This document shows, piece by piece, positions 17,714 through 31,100 of a stretch of 64,000 nucleotides of DNA. The translations under genes were made by a program, and so were the position numbers. The stretch spans positions 96,001 through 160,000 of the forward strand of contig JAEOTE010000007.1 in the NCBI GenBank assembly GCA_016839945.1. Reading direction: 5' to 3'. This stretch comes from Candidatus Heimdallarchaeota archaeon (GTDB lineage: Archaea; Asgardarchaeota; Heimdallarchaeia; Heimdallarchaeales; Heimdallarchaeaceae). Below the pieces are notes generated by a model. That model was not told the origin of the DNA and did no database searches. It saw only the letters and a list, made by a program, of their open reading frames with translations. Every line of letters starts with the position of its first letter. Within the stretch, counting starts at the first letter, position 1.

Positions 17714-19123
17714 TTAGATGAAATCTCCAGTCTCAATTTTCTGAGGAAGATAGAAATTTGTTATATACTGTGGATCTCTAGCATTTAGTGCTTGTATTTC
17801 TGCTTTGTAACCACTTGAAATTAAGATTTGTAGTTGTTCTTTCCATCGGGGTTTTCTTTTAACAAATTCCTCTTCTAACATAAGTTTCGATCTATGAATA
17901 TCCTTGGCTGTCATTTTCAGTAAAGTACTTTGAGGAATATCAAAACCGCTTTCTTGGGACAAATCACTAGGGAGTAGACCTAACCATTTGATATTAGGTA
18001 CTGCAAGATGACTCGATTCAAAACTCAAAGCTTTACTTCCAACACTATAGACTCTCATGATTTCAAAACCATATGGATCAGCGTCCATAAGTGAGAATAT
18101 AGGAAGGTTCAGCTCATCATTAATCTTCTTTAGGAACTGCCTTGTTGCCACATCAGGTTGTCCTTTAGCTGTAATTAAAATACTTGGAACATAATCATAG
18201 AAGTGATCTTCAGCTAATCTATTGAAAACCGCGTCTTTTTCTATAACTAGAACCATTTCCGCATCTGTATCTAAGTCTTCTATATCATCAATATTAGGAG
18301 ATATTGCTTTTCCTGCACCAATAGCTCTACAATCAATAAAATCTCCCTTTTCTTTGAAACTAATTCTTCCAACAACAATACCTTTTGATGATGCGCTAAT
18401 ATTAAGTGAAGTACGAGTAACTTGAAGCATTGCACTTAAATCTTCTAATAGTGAATCTGAAACTGTTTGTTTTTCAAATGAATTTACATCCATGTAAAAA
18501 ACATCTCTTTTTGTGCTGTGAATATCCCTAGAAAGTAAATCATGAATTAATCTCATTATTATCGTCATTTGTTCAACTGAACTTACAGAAGCTAAGTTTC
18601 GAAATTGACGTTCTATCATTTGTCTTCCAATTAGAACCAATTCTTGTTCTTCATCAAAACCTACATTCGTTCCACTCCTTGAAGGGATGTAGAAGGAAGC
18701 TTCAGATGGGTTGGATATGGCTTGCTGAATGAAATCAAGAGAATATTCAACTAACAGATTATTAGTCTCTTCAGATGTTTTTGTTTCTACGTGAGTTACT
18801 CCATAAGGCATGAAAAATTCTGTTCTATCAACAAGATCTCTTCTTACATCTTGTACTTTCTGAAGAGAGATATTATTTTTGACGCTCACACGCATGGCAT
18901 CTTTCTGAAGAGGATATCTTGAAAGTTTTCTAGAAGGTTCTAATCTATGCCATTTCTTCCCACTTCGAAGGAAAAGAATGTAAGTTCCTCTTTTTATATT
19001 AAAAGCTTCTTTCGTCCAATTATACATTTCTCTAACTAATATTTCTTTATCAAAACTAACTTGTTTTTCTATTGCTGGTAAGATTGTTGAATTTCTAAAA
19101 ATAAAATGATAATCAGGAGACAT
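17714..19123 (-). CDS. top6A: DNA topoisomerase VI subunit A (Spo11 homolog) with N-terminal extension
   Basis: TKRDVFY (catalytic Tyr), VIEKDAVF (Toprim Glu), TAKGQPD.ATR, DADPYG (DxD), KAEIQAL. Confidence 0.95.
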   Translation of the reverse strand: MSPDYHFIFRNSTILPAIEKQVSFDKEILVREMYNWTKEAFNIKRGTYILFLRSGKKWHRLEPSRKLSRYPLQKDAMRVSVKNNISLQKVQDVRRDLVDRTEFFMPYGVTHVETKTSEETNNLLVEYSLDFIQQAISNPSEASFYIPSRSGTNVGFDEEQELVLIGRQMIERQFRNLASVSSVEQMTIIMRLIHDLLSRDIHSTKRDVFYMDVNSFEKQTVSDSLLEDLSAMLQVTRTSLNISASSKGIVVGRISFKEKGDFIDCRAIGAGKAISPNIDDIEDLDTDAEMVLVIEKDAVFNRLAEDHFYDYVPSILITAKGQPDVATRQFLKKINDELNLPIFSLMDADPYGFEIMRVYSVGSKALSFESSHLAVPNIKWLGLLPSDLSQESGFDIPQSTLLKMTAKDIHRSKLMLEEEFVKRKPRWKEQLQILISSGYKAEIQALNARDPQYITNFYLPQKIETGDFI

Positions 19124-19124
19124 T

Positions 19125-22100
19125 TTATTTTACCTCCTTATTTTTGTTTTGAGATGTTGATTTAGAAGTATTGCTCTTCGAGTTTTTTTGAGAAACATCA
19201 AGCAATGTTGTTTGTTTTCCTTTTGTTGCTTTAGGTATAGTTGCAGTTTGTTTAATTACTACTTTTGGCTTAGTTACTGTCTTAGATTTAGTTGCAGTTG
19301 ATGATTTTGAAGGTGTTTTTGCAGCTGTTTTAACAGGTTTCTTCTTCTTTGGCTTGAGTTTTGCCTTGGGTAATCTATTCTTAAGATTTTTTATTGAAAG
19401 ATAGCTAAGGTTTGTTTTCTCATCCATGTTTGTTGATGGATAGACAACAAACTCCTTGATGGTTTTGACTCCCAACACTGTTATTTGATTTCTCGCTTCT
19501 GACTCCACTTCAAGATTTCTTAATGGTTTTTCTAAGAACTCTTTTAGGTCTTTTACACCTTGTTCTTCAAGCAGAGGATTCTTTACTATACTAGGTTCTG
19601 GAAATACTAATTGTTGTATTGTTTTTATCCCAGCTTTGTTCAGCTGAGTTATTAATTCTTCACTCAGGAAAGGATGAGTTTTTCTTATTAAAACAACCTC
19701 TTTTTCTGCATCCTTTATGGAATCCTGTGTAAAGTTTGAGAAGTAAGTTCTCAATTGACTTACCTGAATCCCAGTTATTTTGGAAAGACTTTGTGCAGTT
19801 TGTGCAAAAATATCCCAAAGTGTATGAATATTGTTCTTATGAAGTTCAGCTACACTTTGTGGATTGTCACTAATTATATCACTTAGATAATAAAATGGTA
19901 AATCTAGATTTCGTTTTATCCTTGAAACCTGAATACTATTCAACTTTGAGGTTTTCACAATCAGTTCTTCGGAAACATTCAAATGTGCTATAGTTGTATA
20001 TCCCGATTTGATTAACAGTTTTCTAATATTAGCATCAAATAATCCTATTTTCTTGACACTGTAACTCTTACTCTTCAATGTTTCATTGACTAACTGGCTA
20101 TTCATCTTATCTTGAAGAGACTTTACAATTGCTTGCTCTTGTTCAGTTAGACTTACGCTTATCGCTTTTCTTATATCTGGAATTGAAACAAAATCAATAA
20201 CTTGGATTATACCTTCGTTATGGAATTTTTCCAAAAGTCTTGGTTGATTAATGAATATAAGCATTGGAGCTCTTAACTTCTCGATAATTTTCACAATTTC
20301 AGAAGAATAGTCTTTAGGATCTTTGCTTTCAATATATTCAAGTAAAATTCCTATAGTTCGAATATCTTCTTTGCGTAGGAATGATAGTATTTCTTTGTCC
20401 TTTATGAACGAACTAAGTCTCTTCTGTTCAGAAGACATCATCCTTTCCACTCTTGTAGAGGAAAGTTTAGGTAGAAGAGATGTACATGTTGTTTCATATT
20501 CTATTTCACTTAATGATTTACAGTAAATTAAGAAATCAAAAACAGTCTGAAGCTTCATCTTATTCATTAAGTCATAAATCTTCTTATTTTCTCTAACAGG
20601 TGGAAGAGAAAAAAGATCAGTTTCTACCATGTTCTTTAATGAATCTGAGGTCTTCCAAACACTGCTTGTTTTTGATTTAGCTTGTTTATTGAATACAAGC
20701 GCTTCTTCAACTGATAGGATAAAACCTTTCTTAAGGATGGAAATATTGCTTCCTGAAAGTAAATCTTTAGGTATGCTTGTTAGGCTTCCTTCCAACTCCT
20801 TCAAAGTAATTAATGAGATATTCCTTAGATTTCTTAGGAAAACTGGATCAGGGATTTGGCTCTTAATCTTATTATAATCCTCTAACAATAATTCGTCTAT
20901 ACTCCTATAGGGAAGTTTTGAGATGATATCAACTTTCAACCTGTTTGGTTGAAGTAGGATTATTGTTCTTTTTAGATGATATGAGAGTTCATTATACTTC
21001 TTGCTTATCTTAGAATGAAGCTTTGAAATTGTTTTATTATAGAGTTCTTTTTCATGTTTTTGCAATAACAAAAGGTATTCTATTGAGGAATCTGACATAT
21101 CAAGTTTTTGATCTTTTGATTCAAGATTTAATACTTGCATCAGAGTTATACCTTTATTGAAAATAGAATTAATGGCATTTTGAATATCTTCTCTTTGTTT
21201 TTTGGTTACACTTATCTTATTGAGATTCATTGATAAATATGCTAAATCTAGTAGATTGAGAGAATATTCAGTTTTTGATACTAAATCCTTAAGCACTAAC
21301 TTTTCAAATACTTTTATTTTATCAAGTAAATAATTAGGAATCTTATCTAATGATACTTCTTCATCAAAAAGATCGGAGTAATACTTGATACTTCTCTGAT
21401 TTAGAATCGCTATATCCTTTGCAGAGAATATCTTACTTTCTTTTATCACTGGATGGCTTCCAAAATTACTGCTTGTTAAAGAGTATCTTATTTTTTCAAC
21501 TTCTGCTTGTTTTAATAAGAGAATTGAAGCAAGTTCTTTGTTAGTTAATAGATAAAATTCTTCTAAATTCTTAACATAGTTCTGTATGTTTTTCCAACTC
21601 TTAATTGTAACATCAGGAAGGAGTAAAAGCTCAATGGGTAGTTTTAGAATTCTCTTTATTTTGTTTGCCAGAGATTTGGAAAATGTGAACGTTTCTTTGT
21701 TTAAAGCAAAAATCAAATCATCCATTGTTGAATAATGTTTCTGAATTTCTTTCTTTGTTTCAGAATCGAAAATTTTCACTCTGCTTAACTGTACTTTCTT
21801 CTTAACATCTGTTTCAATTTTCTTGTAAGTTAGTGAAGAGGTAATTTCTAGGATTTTATCTTTCAATTTAGCAGGGGACAATATCATCCAAGAAGAGATG
21901 GGTTTTATTATGAGATCTCCTATAGTGTAAATACTCTTATCTTCTAAAATCTGTAGATCTGCCTTTGTTAGAACAGCGAGTGAGGAAATGGGTTTGGAGA
22001 ATGTTTGTTCAATTTTGAGACCCAAATCCGATAGTGAATCCTCTTTTTGATATAGTGTTGTTATTAAATCCAATATACTCTTAATTTTTGTTGTTTTTGT

Positions 22101-25100
22101 TTTCTTTGTGAACAATTCTTTAACATCGCTTTCCTCTATGTATTGATCTTTGGATATATAATTAGCTATTATACCTTCTTTTGATGCTAAGTAGTCTCCT
22201 AAGAATCCAACAATATTTGCTTTTTCTGTAGCATCACTTGTTTTCATTAAATCTCGAAAAGTTACTATTCCAGAATCTAAATAGTTGCTTTTTATTTCAT
22301 TTAGATTCTTTTGATTGATTTTTGGATAATAAAGGACAGAAGTGTTATAGACTTCTTCTGCTTTATTTTGAATTTGTTTAATCTTTTTCTCTGAAACTAA
22401 CCAGTCGTAAATTGTGTTATTCATTAAATCCTCGAGATTGTAAATTCCTATAGATTTCAGATAATTTCTGTCTTGAGCTGATAGGAAGAAAATTTCTTTC
22501 AAGTTTTGTTCTGCAACGGAATCTATTCGTTGAACAATCGAATCTACTTTGAAATTCTTAATAGTATTTTGAATAGTTGTGACTTTTACTTTTGAAGTAG
22601 TTGCAATAACTTTAGGAGATAGATAGAAGATATCTGCAATAATATTAACACCTGCAGATTTCATTTTCTCTAAATCTTTAGGATCAAAATCTAGAAAGCG
22701 TAGATTCGCCAATAAATATGGAGTAATTTTCTTGAAAATGACTTCATCATCTTTGAATGTAGGTGATGTCAATATTGATTTGTATGAAGAATATCCTTTG
22801 TTTGATAAATCAACTTCTAATTCGGATAATGGTTCTTTAAATCCCTCTTCTTTTATACCTTTTATTAACGAGAGAGAGAGAATAATTTCATCTTGAATAT
22901 TCTTTGGTAATTTATTAAGGAATATCAAATGCTCAATGATGGTTGTGAACCCTTTTTCATAACAATAATCTAGTGACTCTTTTGTTATTGAGGATAAATA
23001 GCTGATATTATTGGATAATTGACTTCTGTAGTCATCAACTTCTTTTCCTTTTACTTTACTATTAGTTACGATATGACTAACAGGAACGAAGAAAAGATGC
23101 TCAACTGTTGTTATACCTATTTGAAGGAGAGAAGTTGCTGTCTTCTTTGGTAATCCCAACATTTCAATTGAGATACCAAACTTATCAATTTTCTTCAGGT
23201 TTTTAACAAGATAATCTGGTTCTTCTTTCTGTTTTGTAATAAGCTTACTAAAACTTGCTGGCCAATTCTTCTGAGGTATAGCTAACAAATCGTTATATGT
23301 TGTTATATTACTATTTAACAAGTCTTTAATTTCTGTATCTTTCAGCTTTAATGATTTTCCAATTAACGTTATTGGGGTTAATAAAATAGAGATGAGTTTT
23401 ACAAGATTTTTCTTTTCCTCAATAGGTATTGGTATTAAATCAAGATTAAGCTCTGATGCTTGAACTAGAGATACACAACCATACTCGGAAAGAATGGTTT
23501 TGGTTTCCTTTGTTATTTCAGAGAATAGGCTTAAATCAAGACCTATTAATTTTACATTTTCTTCTAATGATTTAATATCAATAGTTGTTTTAATGGTCCT
23601 TATTTTTTCTTCTGCAACATTGATTAGTTTGGCTAAGAGTGGAGCTGGAATGAGAAGGAATTGGTAAAGGTTTCGAATGCCATTGTGTTTTAGTTTTTCT
23701 ATTTGTTTGGAAGTTAGGTTACCTATATAGGATAATGGAATACTTTTTAGTGATAGAAGTAGAGGGCAAACTTCTGAGAGTAATTCTCTTTTTTCTACAA
23801 TCTTACTATCTAGTGATAAAAGCTCATCTAGATAGAGTATTTTTTCATCCTTTAATCTCTTAATAAGAGCTGAATCTGAAACAATCTTAATATCAGAGAG
23901 TTTGATCGCCCATTCTGGAGGGCTTATCTGTATAACTATACTATTAAGAACCTCTACTATTTTAGAATGCAGATCATGATTTTCCTCTTTCTCTGATAAA
24001 CATAATAATCCTGATACAATGTTGTTACAATCGCTTTGAGACAAAATATTCAATTGTGCAATGTTAAGCTCAACGTTAGAAATGAGCCATGAAATTGGCT
24101 TAAACATATTTGAAGTGATTATTCTGATTAATGATTTCTCGATATCTCCAAAATCAAAAACTGGGTGAGGTATGAAATCTACTAATAATAGAGCACTTGA
24201 TAATCCATATTTCATAAATTGTTCTTCTGCTTTATTTGGAAAGGAGAGAGCATGATCAATATAGTATGAAAATGTTTCTGACATTCTTGTACTCAAATTA
24301 AATTCTCTTTGGAATATTCTTATTTGCTTTGCTACAGCTTTTGGTATACCAATTATTGTGTTGACATTTGTTGAGAGAAGTTCAATAACATGTTTAATAC
24401 CATTATTCCATAGAACTCCTTTAGAAGAAATATCAAAACCTGGTAATGCAAGAACATTCAAACACAGAAAGCTAACTAATTGTTCAATAAATGCTATGCT
24501 TGAGATTTTTTCTATTCTTTCAGATTCTGATAGTTGTAGCAGTGCATCTGGGATAAAACCAAATATATCTTCTACAGCTTTTTTTGTTGGATCGAATTCA
24601 AGAGATTTAAGCAAGTTGATTATAGGTTCGTTAAGGGTTAATGTTCTACCTTTTGAAAGTGTGAAAGTGCCTTTCCTAGCTGAACTTATGGTTTTTGGAA
24701 TTGAACCATTCAAGGCTCGTTTCAAATCCTTATCTGAACAATTAAAGAGATCAATCAACCTCAGAATTCCTTCACTAGTTAAGTTTAGTTTCTCCTCTGA
24801 AGATAACTCTGAAATTCGGTAAATTGAGATGTGACACGCGTTTAGAAAATCTCTCATATAGTCCCCAGAGACACTCAATGTAGGATATGCTTGATAATTT
24901 GAACTATACAAATCTTGAACATGTATTTTTCCAGATTTAAGTAGAGAATTAATTTTTCCCTTTGATAAAACAAAGAAGTTTACTAACTCGACACCTTTTC
25001 GTTTAACTTCTTTCATCAAATTAGAAGGAGTGATTTTGTCCAAGTATGTTTGCACTTTTTTCTCTGACATGTTTAGTAAAAGAGAGATTGTAGAAACATC

Positions 25101-28100
25101 CTCTGTAATAAAGGAGAGGATATCACCTACACCTGAATATATAAGCTTCATTACATGATGATTATCTAAACCAATAAAAGCTACAGAAGAGCGATATAGT
25201 TGCACTTCTCTAAAGATATCTAATCGAACTAGAGCAGGACGAGATTCTCTTATTTCTTCCATTCTTGATATAAAGTCTTGTACGGAGTTGATACCTATAT
25301 CTAGTAGTTTTTCGAGATAATCTTCCTCAATTGAAGGACAAACAGTAAGAGGTATAGCAGAACTAATTCTTCTTTCTGATAACTCATCGAATGATATGAG
25401 ATCTAGTGCATGAAACTCTTTGTATATTGGATTTTGCGTAATTGTAAATAACTCATCTCTATTCAATAAAGCAAGATCTATAACGGAATTTATTTCATGA
25501 TACTCCAGACGTTTAATTTCATCATAAGATAGAAAGCCTATGAATCGGATTGAGCCAGATAAGAGTTCTTTTGCTTTCTTATATACGTCAACTTGAAGTA
25601 TTTCAGAGATACCTAACAAAGATGCTGAATAGAAGAGAGTTTCAATATCTGTAATCCCTAAATCTTTTAGCTCATCTAGTTTTTTCTCTGGTATTAGTTC
25701 TGATGGTCTTATTAAGTGAGATTGTGATAAACGGAAGGACACAATATCGGTGTAGGTTAGACCTTCTTTTATTTCTCTTATTTGTTTCTGGGAAAAACCA
25801 GAGATTTCTGAGAGTTGCTTTTCTGGAAGTGAGAAGAAATCAATCAATGTATTAATTGAAGATTTGCTCAACTTGAGAGTAAGTTCTCTTGGAAGCCCCA
25901 TGGAAGCTATTGGGATTGCTAATTCCATTATTAGTTTATTAAGAGAGTCAGTCTCCATTAAACTTGAGAAGAAAGGCGAGAGGGCAGAATGTTCCTCCAG
26001 ATTTATTTCAAATACATCACCAATTATGACGTTTTTGTATTCTTCTCTACGAGCTTTTCTGATCTTAGTGAAGAAGGGTGTGATTCTAAGAGGTAACTCT
26101 AAAATTGATCGAATTAATGTTAGATTATAATGATCTGTAAGGTATTGTTTGTCTTTACCAGTTAAGTCTTTTATAACTTTTGGATCAGTAATAACATCTG
26201 ATAACGTTTTATTTTCTACTTCTTGAATAACCCTGTTGAAATATGATGAATTATATACAGATGCAGGTAGTTTAGCGAAGTAATGGAAAGCTTGCATTAC
26301 TATTATTTTTGAAGAATATGTAGAAACAACTCTGTAAAGCACTGGGTCTTTAAGATCTATATCAGGAATGAAAAGTAATTGGTAAACATAATGGATATCA
26401 TTTTGTTCTAAAACCTCTAATGAAAATTCTGAAATCTCTGTAAAAATCTTCAAAGGTAAGGTGAGGTATTTCTTAACAGCTGATATCTTTATCCACAATT
26501 CTGGATTAGAGAAATAATACTGTTCTTCTATAGTATAGAATATTTCTTGAATTGTTTGGAATCTTTCAAAGTGGAATATTGAATCTTTACTCAATAATCT
26601 TTGTTCAAGTTTATCAAACAATTGAGTTTCAAAAGCAAAAATACCCTTTTGTTCATACATTGCTTGAATGCTTGAGGATGTCAGAGAAGTTATTATACTT
26701 TCAGCATCCTTTGGAGAGATTTTTATGAGTTTGCTTAGTTTTTGAGATGATGCAAGAATAAACTCAGATATTGTTTTTATTCCATTTTCTCTTAGAATTT
26801 CTGTTTGACTAAATGAGAGCGATGGTAAGAAATAAACAGGTAGTGAGAAGTAGCCAAATATATCTGAAAAGTCTAAAGCACTTTTTATTGTTTCAAATCT
26901 TTCATCTGGTATTCCTGTTTTTTCCATCAGAACTTCAGGAGAGGATAACATAAAACCAAGTAAAGTCCTTATTTTTGCTTTTTCTAATAGTTCTATGATT
27001 TCAGGATCTAGCATATCAGAAATATGATCCAAAGATAGATTCAAGATAGCTTTAAAGGATTCAATAACATCCCATGGTAAAATTTCCTCATTCCACTTAT
27101 CTTTTGAAGTTGAGAAGTATAAATCCTCAATTGTCATTATGTTATTTTCATCCAACACTCTGACAATTCTAGGTTCTAATATTCCTAATTCAGAAAGGTC
27201 AATTCCAGTATCACTTATTCTAACATTCCTTTGAAGAAGTATAGCTTCTTCATTATCTACTCCTAAGAAAGAAGCAATATCTTCAGATTTACTTACTAGT
27301 AAATCAATAATTTTAGTGATTCCATTATTTCTCAAAATGTTGAGTTGTTGGGTTGTCAAGGTTCTAGTTTGGACCTCTTCTATTTCTTGTGTTTCTTCGG
27401 ATTCTTCAACTTGAACAGTTTTCTTGATGATTTTCTCCCATGTTACTAGTGTTAAAGGAGACCTCAGTAGCTTTCTGAACTTATCAATGACATTCCAGTT
27501 AACTACTGCTGAAGAAAAAGTGAGAGGGTGGGCTAAGTAAAAAATCTTATCCACTGTATCATAGCCAGAAAGTATTAGTGATACAATTTCGTGTGAAGAA
27601 AATCTCTCTGATTCTTCGTATTCAAATGATATTAGAGAAGTATATTTATTTCCTGATTTTTCAAAGAAATGAGTACCTTTTTTCTCAATTGCGAAAACAT
27701 CTATTAATTGCTGGGTTTCTTGAGTAGACCTTACTAAAGTAGCTGCTAACTCATCAATAGTATATTCAAATAATTGATGAATAGCTGTTATCCCTCTGTT
27801 CCTTAATTTATCAAAATCTTCAAGAGTTAACTTACTTATTCTAGAAATTGGTAAACCTAGAGTTTGAACGAATTCATCATATTCACTAATTAGTAAGATT
27901 TCCTTACTAAATTGATCAGTTTCTGAAAATGTTCTATTCTTGATATTATTGTGAAGCTCAATAACAAGTTTTCTTTCTTTAGCAGTGTTTAACTCAGATT
28001 CAATAATTTCTGGAATAAGATCTAAAAATTGTCTTACTGTTACAATATTTCTTAATTTCAAACGAAGAAGAGCTTCTGTAAGCAGAGATAAATCCTTGAA

Positions 28101-31100
28101 TTTGTCTGGATATAGTTGAGTAAGTTCGATTATTTCCATATTCGCTAATTGATTTAAATGTCGAATATTTTCCCAAAAACCTGTATTCAATGTTGGTTTT
28201 TCAGTAGGGTAAACACTGTATAGATCTTGGATTGTTAGGTTATGTTTTTCTATGAATTGAACTAATCTTGGATATTGGTTACTAAGTAAACTCAAACTCT
28301 TTCCAAATTCTGTTCTATTCTTTTTTACTTCTTCTTCACTTATTGATTGTTTTAAATCCTTTACCCTTTCTTCTGATATGTTTAATACATCAGATAAATC
28401 AGAATTAGACCAGATTGAGAACCTGCCAATACAGTTTATTCCTATTTCTTGCAATAAATATGATTGCCTTCTTAATGAAGGAAATGCAAAAGATATAGGA
28501 GTTAATAAAAGATTTGCAGTTTCTAGATATGTTCTTTTTGCTTCTCCTGTTAGATTGTAAGCTTCAGGAGGATTGTAAAAAATTTCCTCAATAGATACTA
28601 TTCCTGCAGTTTTTAGTGTTTCTTGATGTTTTATCCATTTGAATATTGGAGTTCCAAGACTCTTTTTTATTCTCTCAACATCTTTTTTTCTCAAACCTAA
28701 CTTTCTTAATTGAGGTGATGGAAATGCTAAGAATGCAGTAGTTGTAAAAATTTGAAGATTAACTAATTGTTGCTCAATATCCTTTGGTATTACTTTAACG
28801 TGAGACAAATCTTTATCTTTCTTTGACTCTCGAATGTGAGATATTAATTTGTGTTTTGATTCCTTGAGTAGTAGATCACCTATCAATTTGTAATCTCTTT
28901 TCAAAATTGATGCTGTGGGTAAAGAGATTAGGTTAGTAAGAGTCTTTATACCTTTTTGAGATAGAACCTTTATGGCTTCTGTTTCCTCTTCCCTAAGTAT
29001 TTCATCAGAAATTAACTCAAATTTAGATAGTTCAATAGATTCTGAGGATTTGACTAGAGTATCTAGAAAGGTATTGTACAAATTCCTCTCTAGTTCCTTT
29101 ATTACAACAAGATCATCTAGTTTAGCATTAATTAAATCCTCAATTGTTTTTATTTTTCTTCTATGAAAAGCGTTCTTAGTATAAGCATCTGTCCAATCAG
29201 GTTTCATCTTAGTTACATTGGTCTTAGAAAATGTAGGAAACTTATCACATAGTTGAGAAAAAATATTTTGCAGGTAATTAACTAAAACAGCTGTTACTTC
29301 TGTTTGATAGTTTACTGAATATGGTAATTTTGTTTGGTAAAGAAATTCTTCAATGGTTGTATCTTGAGATATCAAACCTTTAGAATTATCTTTTAGATAC
29401 TCAAAAGTTGGAAATAGTGTATCTATTTTTATGTCATCAACTTTGGTGAGTGAAGCCAGAAGTTGTTTTCTTTTTTCTGATTTAGCTTTACTTGTTTTAT
29501 CCTTGGTTAGTAAGTACTGATGAAGGAGCTGTTCTTTTTTATTTTCGAAAAGTTTCTCTAGTAATCCAGTAACTGTTTGTAGTTTGTTAAAATCTGTAGC
29601 GAAATAATGGTAACTGTTTTGTATCCATCTTCGATATAAAGCCTCTTTTAATGTGATTATAGTTTTTTCATTTTGAGTAAATCTTCTTTCTATAGTTCTA
29701 CTTACAAAGAGTTTAGGATCAAAACTAGGGCTCATTCCCTCTCTATCAAGTTCAGATATCGTTCTAAGTTTGATATTGTAGATATCTTGTTTAGTAAGTT
29801 CTAACAGTTTTGCTATATTATCAGATGGTGTTATGAGAAAATCAGAAATAGATTCAATATTGTTTGTTCGAAGAACTGATTGAATTCTTGATGGACACCA
29901 TACATTAGCACCAAATAATCTTCTTCCCAAAGGCATGAAGAGCTTAACTTTTTTTGTTGCACCATGAGCCAAGGCCGCAGCAATTCTGTCAGTTTCTAAC
30001 CTAAAATCAGTATAATTAACTGCTTCATCTTCTAAAATTTTTGTTAGATTATCTATGATTATTGGTGCAGATCTTACAAAGCGTGATAATCTTGCATGCT
30101 CTCTTCTTCTTCTTTTAGCTCTGCTTAAAAATGTCTTTAGTCTTCTCCCCAACTGCATTAATGCTAATCGTATCTCTTCCTCAATCTCAGGAACAATGGA
30201 TATATATTCTTTACTTGTTTCTGGAAAAGGAATCTTAGTACTTACTACTGATACAGCTACAGCTAGAGGATCAGATTGCCTTGTTAACCCATATTCATTC
30301 CATCTTATTGAAGAAACAGTATGAGAAATAACATCGTTCCCTGCTCCAAATATGAGTGGGATACGATTTGCGTACCTATAAATTATTTTATTATCTTGAA
30401 CGGTAGCTCCCTTTACTTGCGAAGCTTCATTTACTCCCCCTCCATAACCTATTGCTACTTCTACAACAAAGGGATGACCAGAATAAGCTTTAGGAGCTCT
30501 TGTTACAGCTTCTACAAATTTAGGTTCCAGTTCTTTTTCTAAACCCCTCCTTAATCTATTCGATCCTAATGGTGATAAAGCAGTACCTTTTGGATCATCA
30601 AACTGAAATATTCTATCTCTTTTTCTTTTAACATCTTTCGCTTCTTGGTAAGCTTTTACAAAACCTTCATGAACTATTCTTCTGATTTCGTGAGAGGTAA
30701 TATCTTTTGGAGATTTGTTTGGATCAATCTCTAAAAGTTGGAAGAAACCTTCTGCTATTTCCTCATTTACTCCCATGAATTGTGTTGCTAGAAATTGCTT
30801 GAGTGTTTTGCTTTGACTTGCAGTTAATTCTGCCTTGAACTGAGTAATATCACACCCCCATGGATGAATTTTAACTGGTTGAGGAGGGGGAGGCATATCA
30901 TCTACAACACTAAGAAAGTCCAGATCTTCATATTCACCTTCTTTATCTGCAGGAACTTTGATTTTAAAACTGGAATAAGGGGTAATAATTGCTAATTGCT
31001 TAAAATATTCTTTTACGCTATTCTTAGCAAGCCTCCATGCTCCTGTAAAAGTGATTGATATTTCTGTTCCAGGTTCTTCAAGATAGTTTGGATCTCCTGG

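Noticed and set aside
20323-30542. Several short plus-strand ORFs inside top6B
   Set aside because: Antisense, Ser/Leu/Ile-rich shadows with no motifs.
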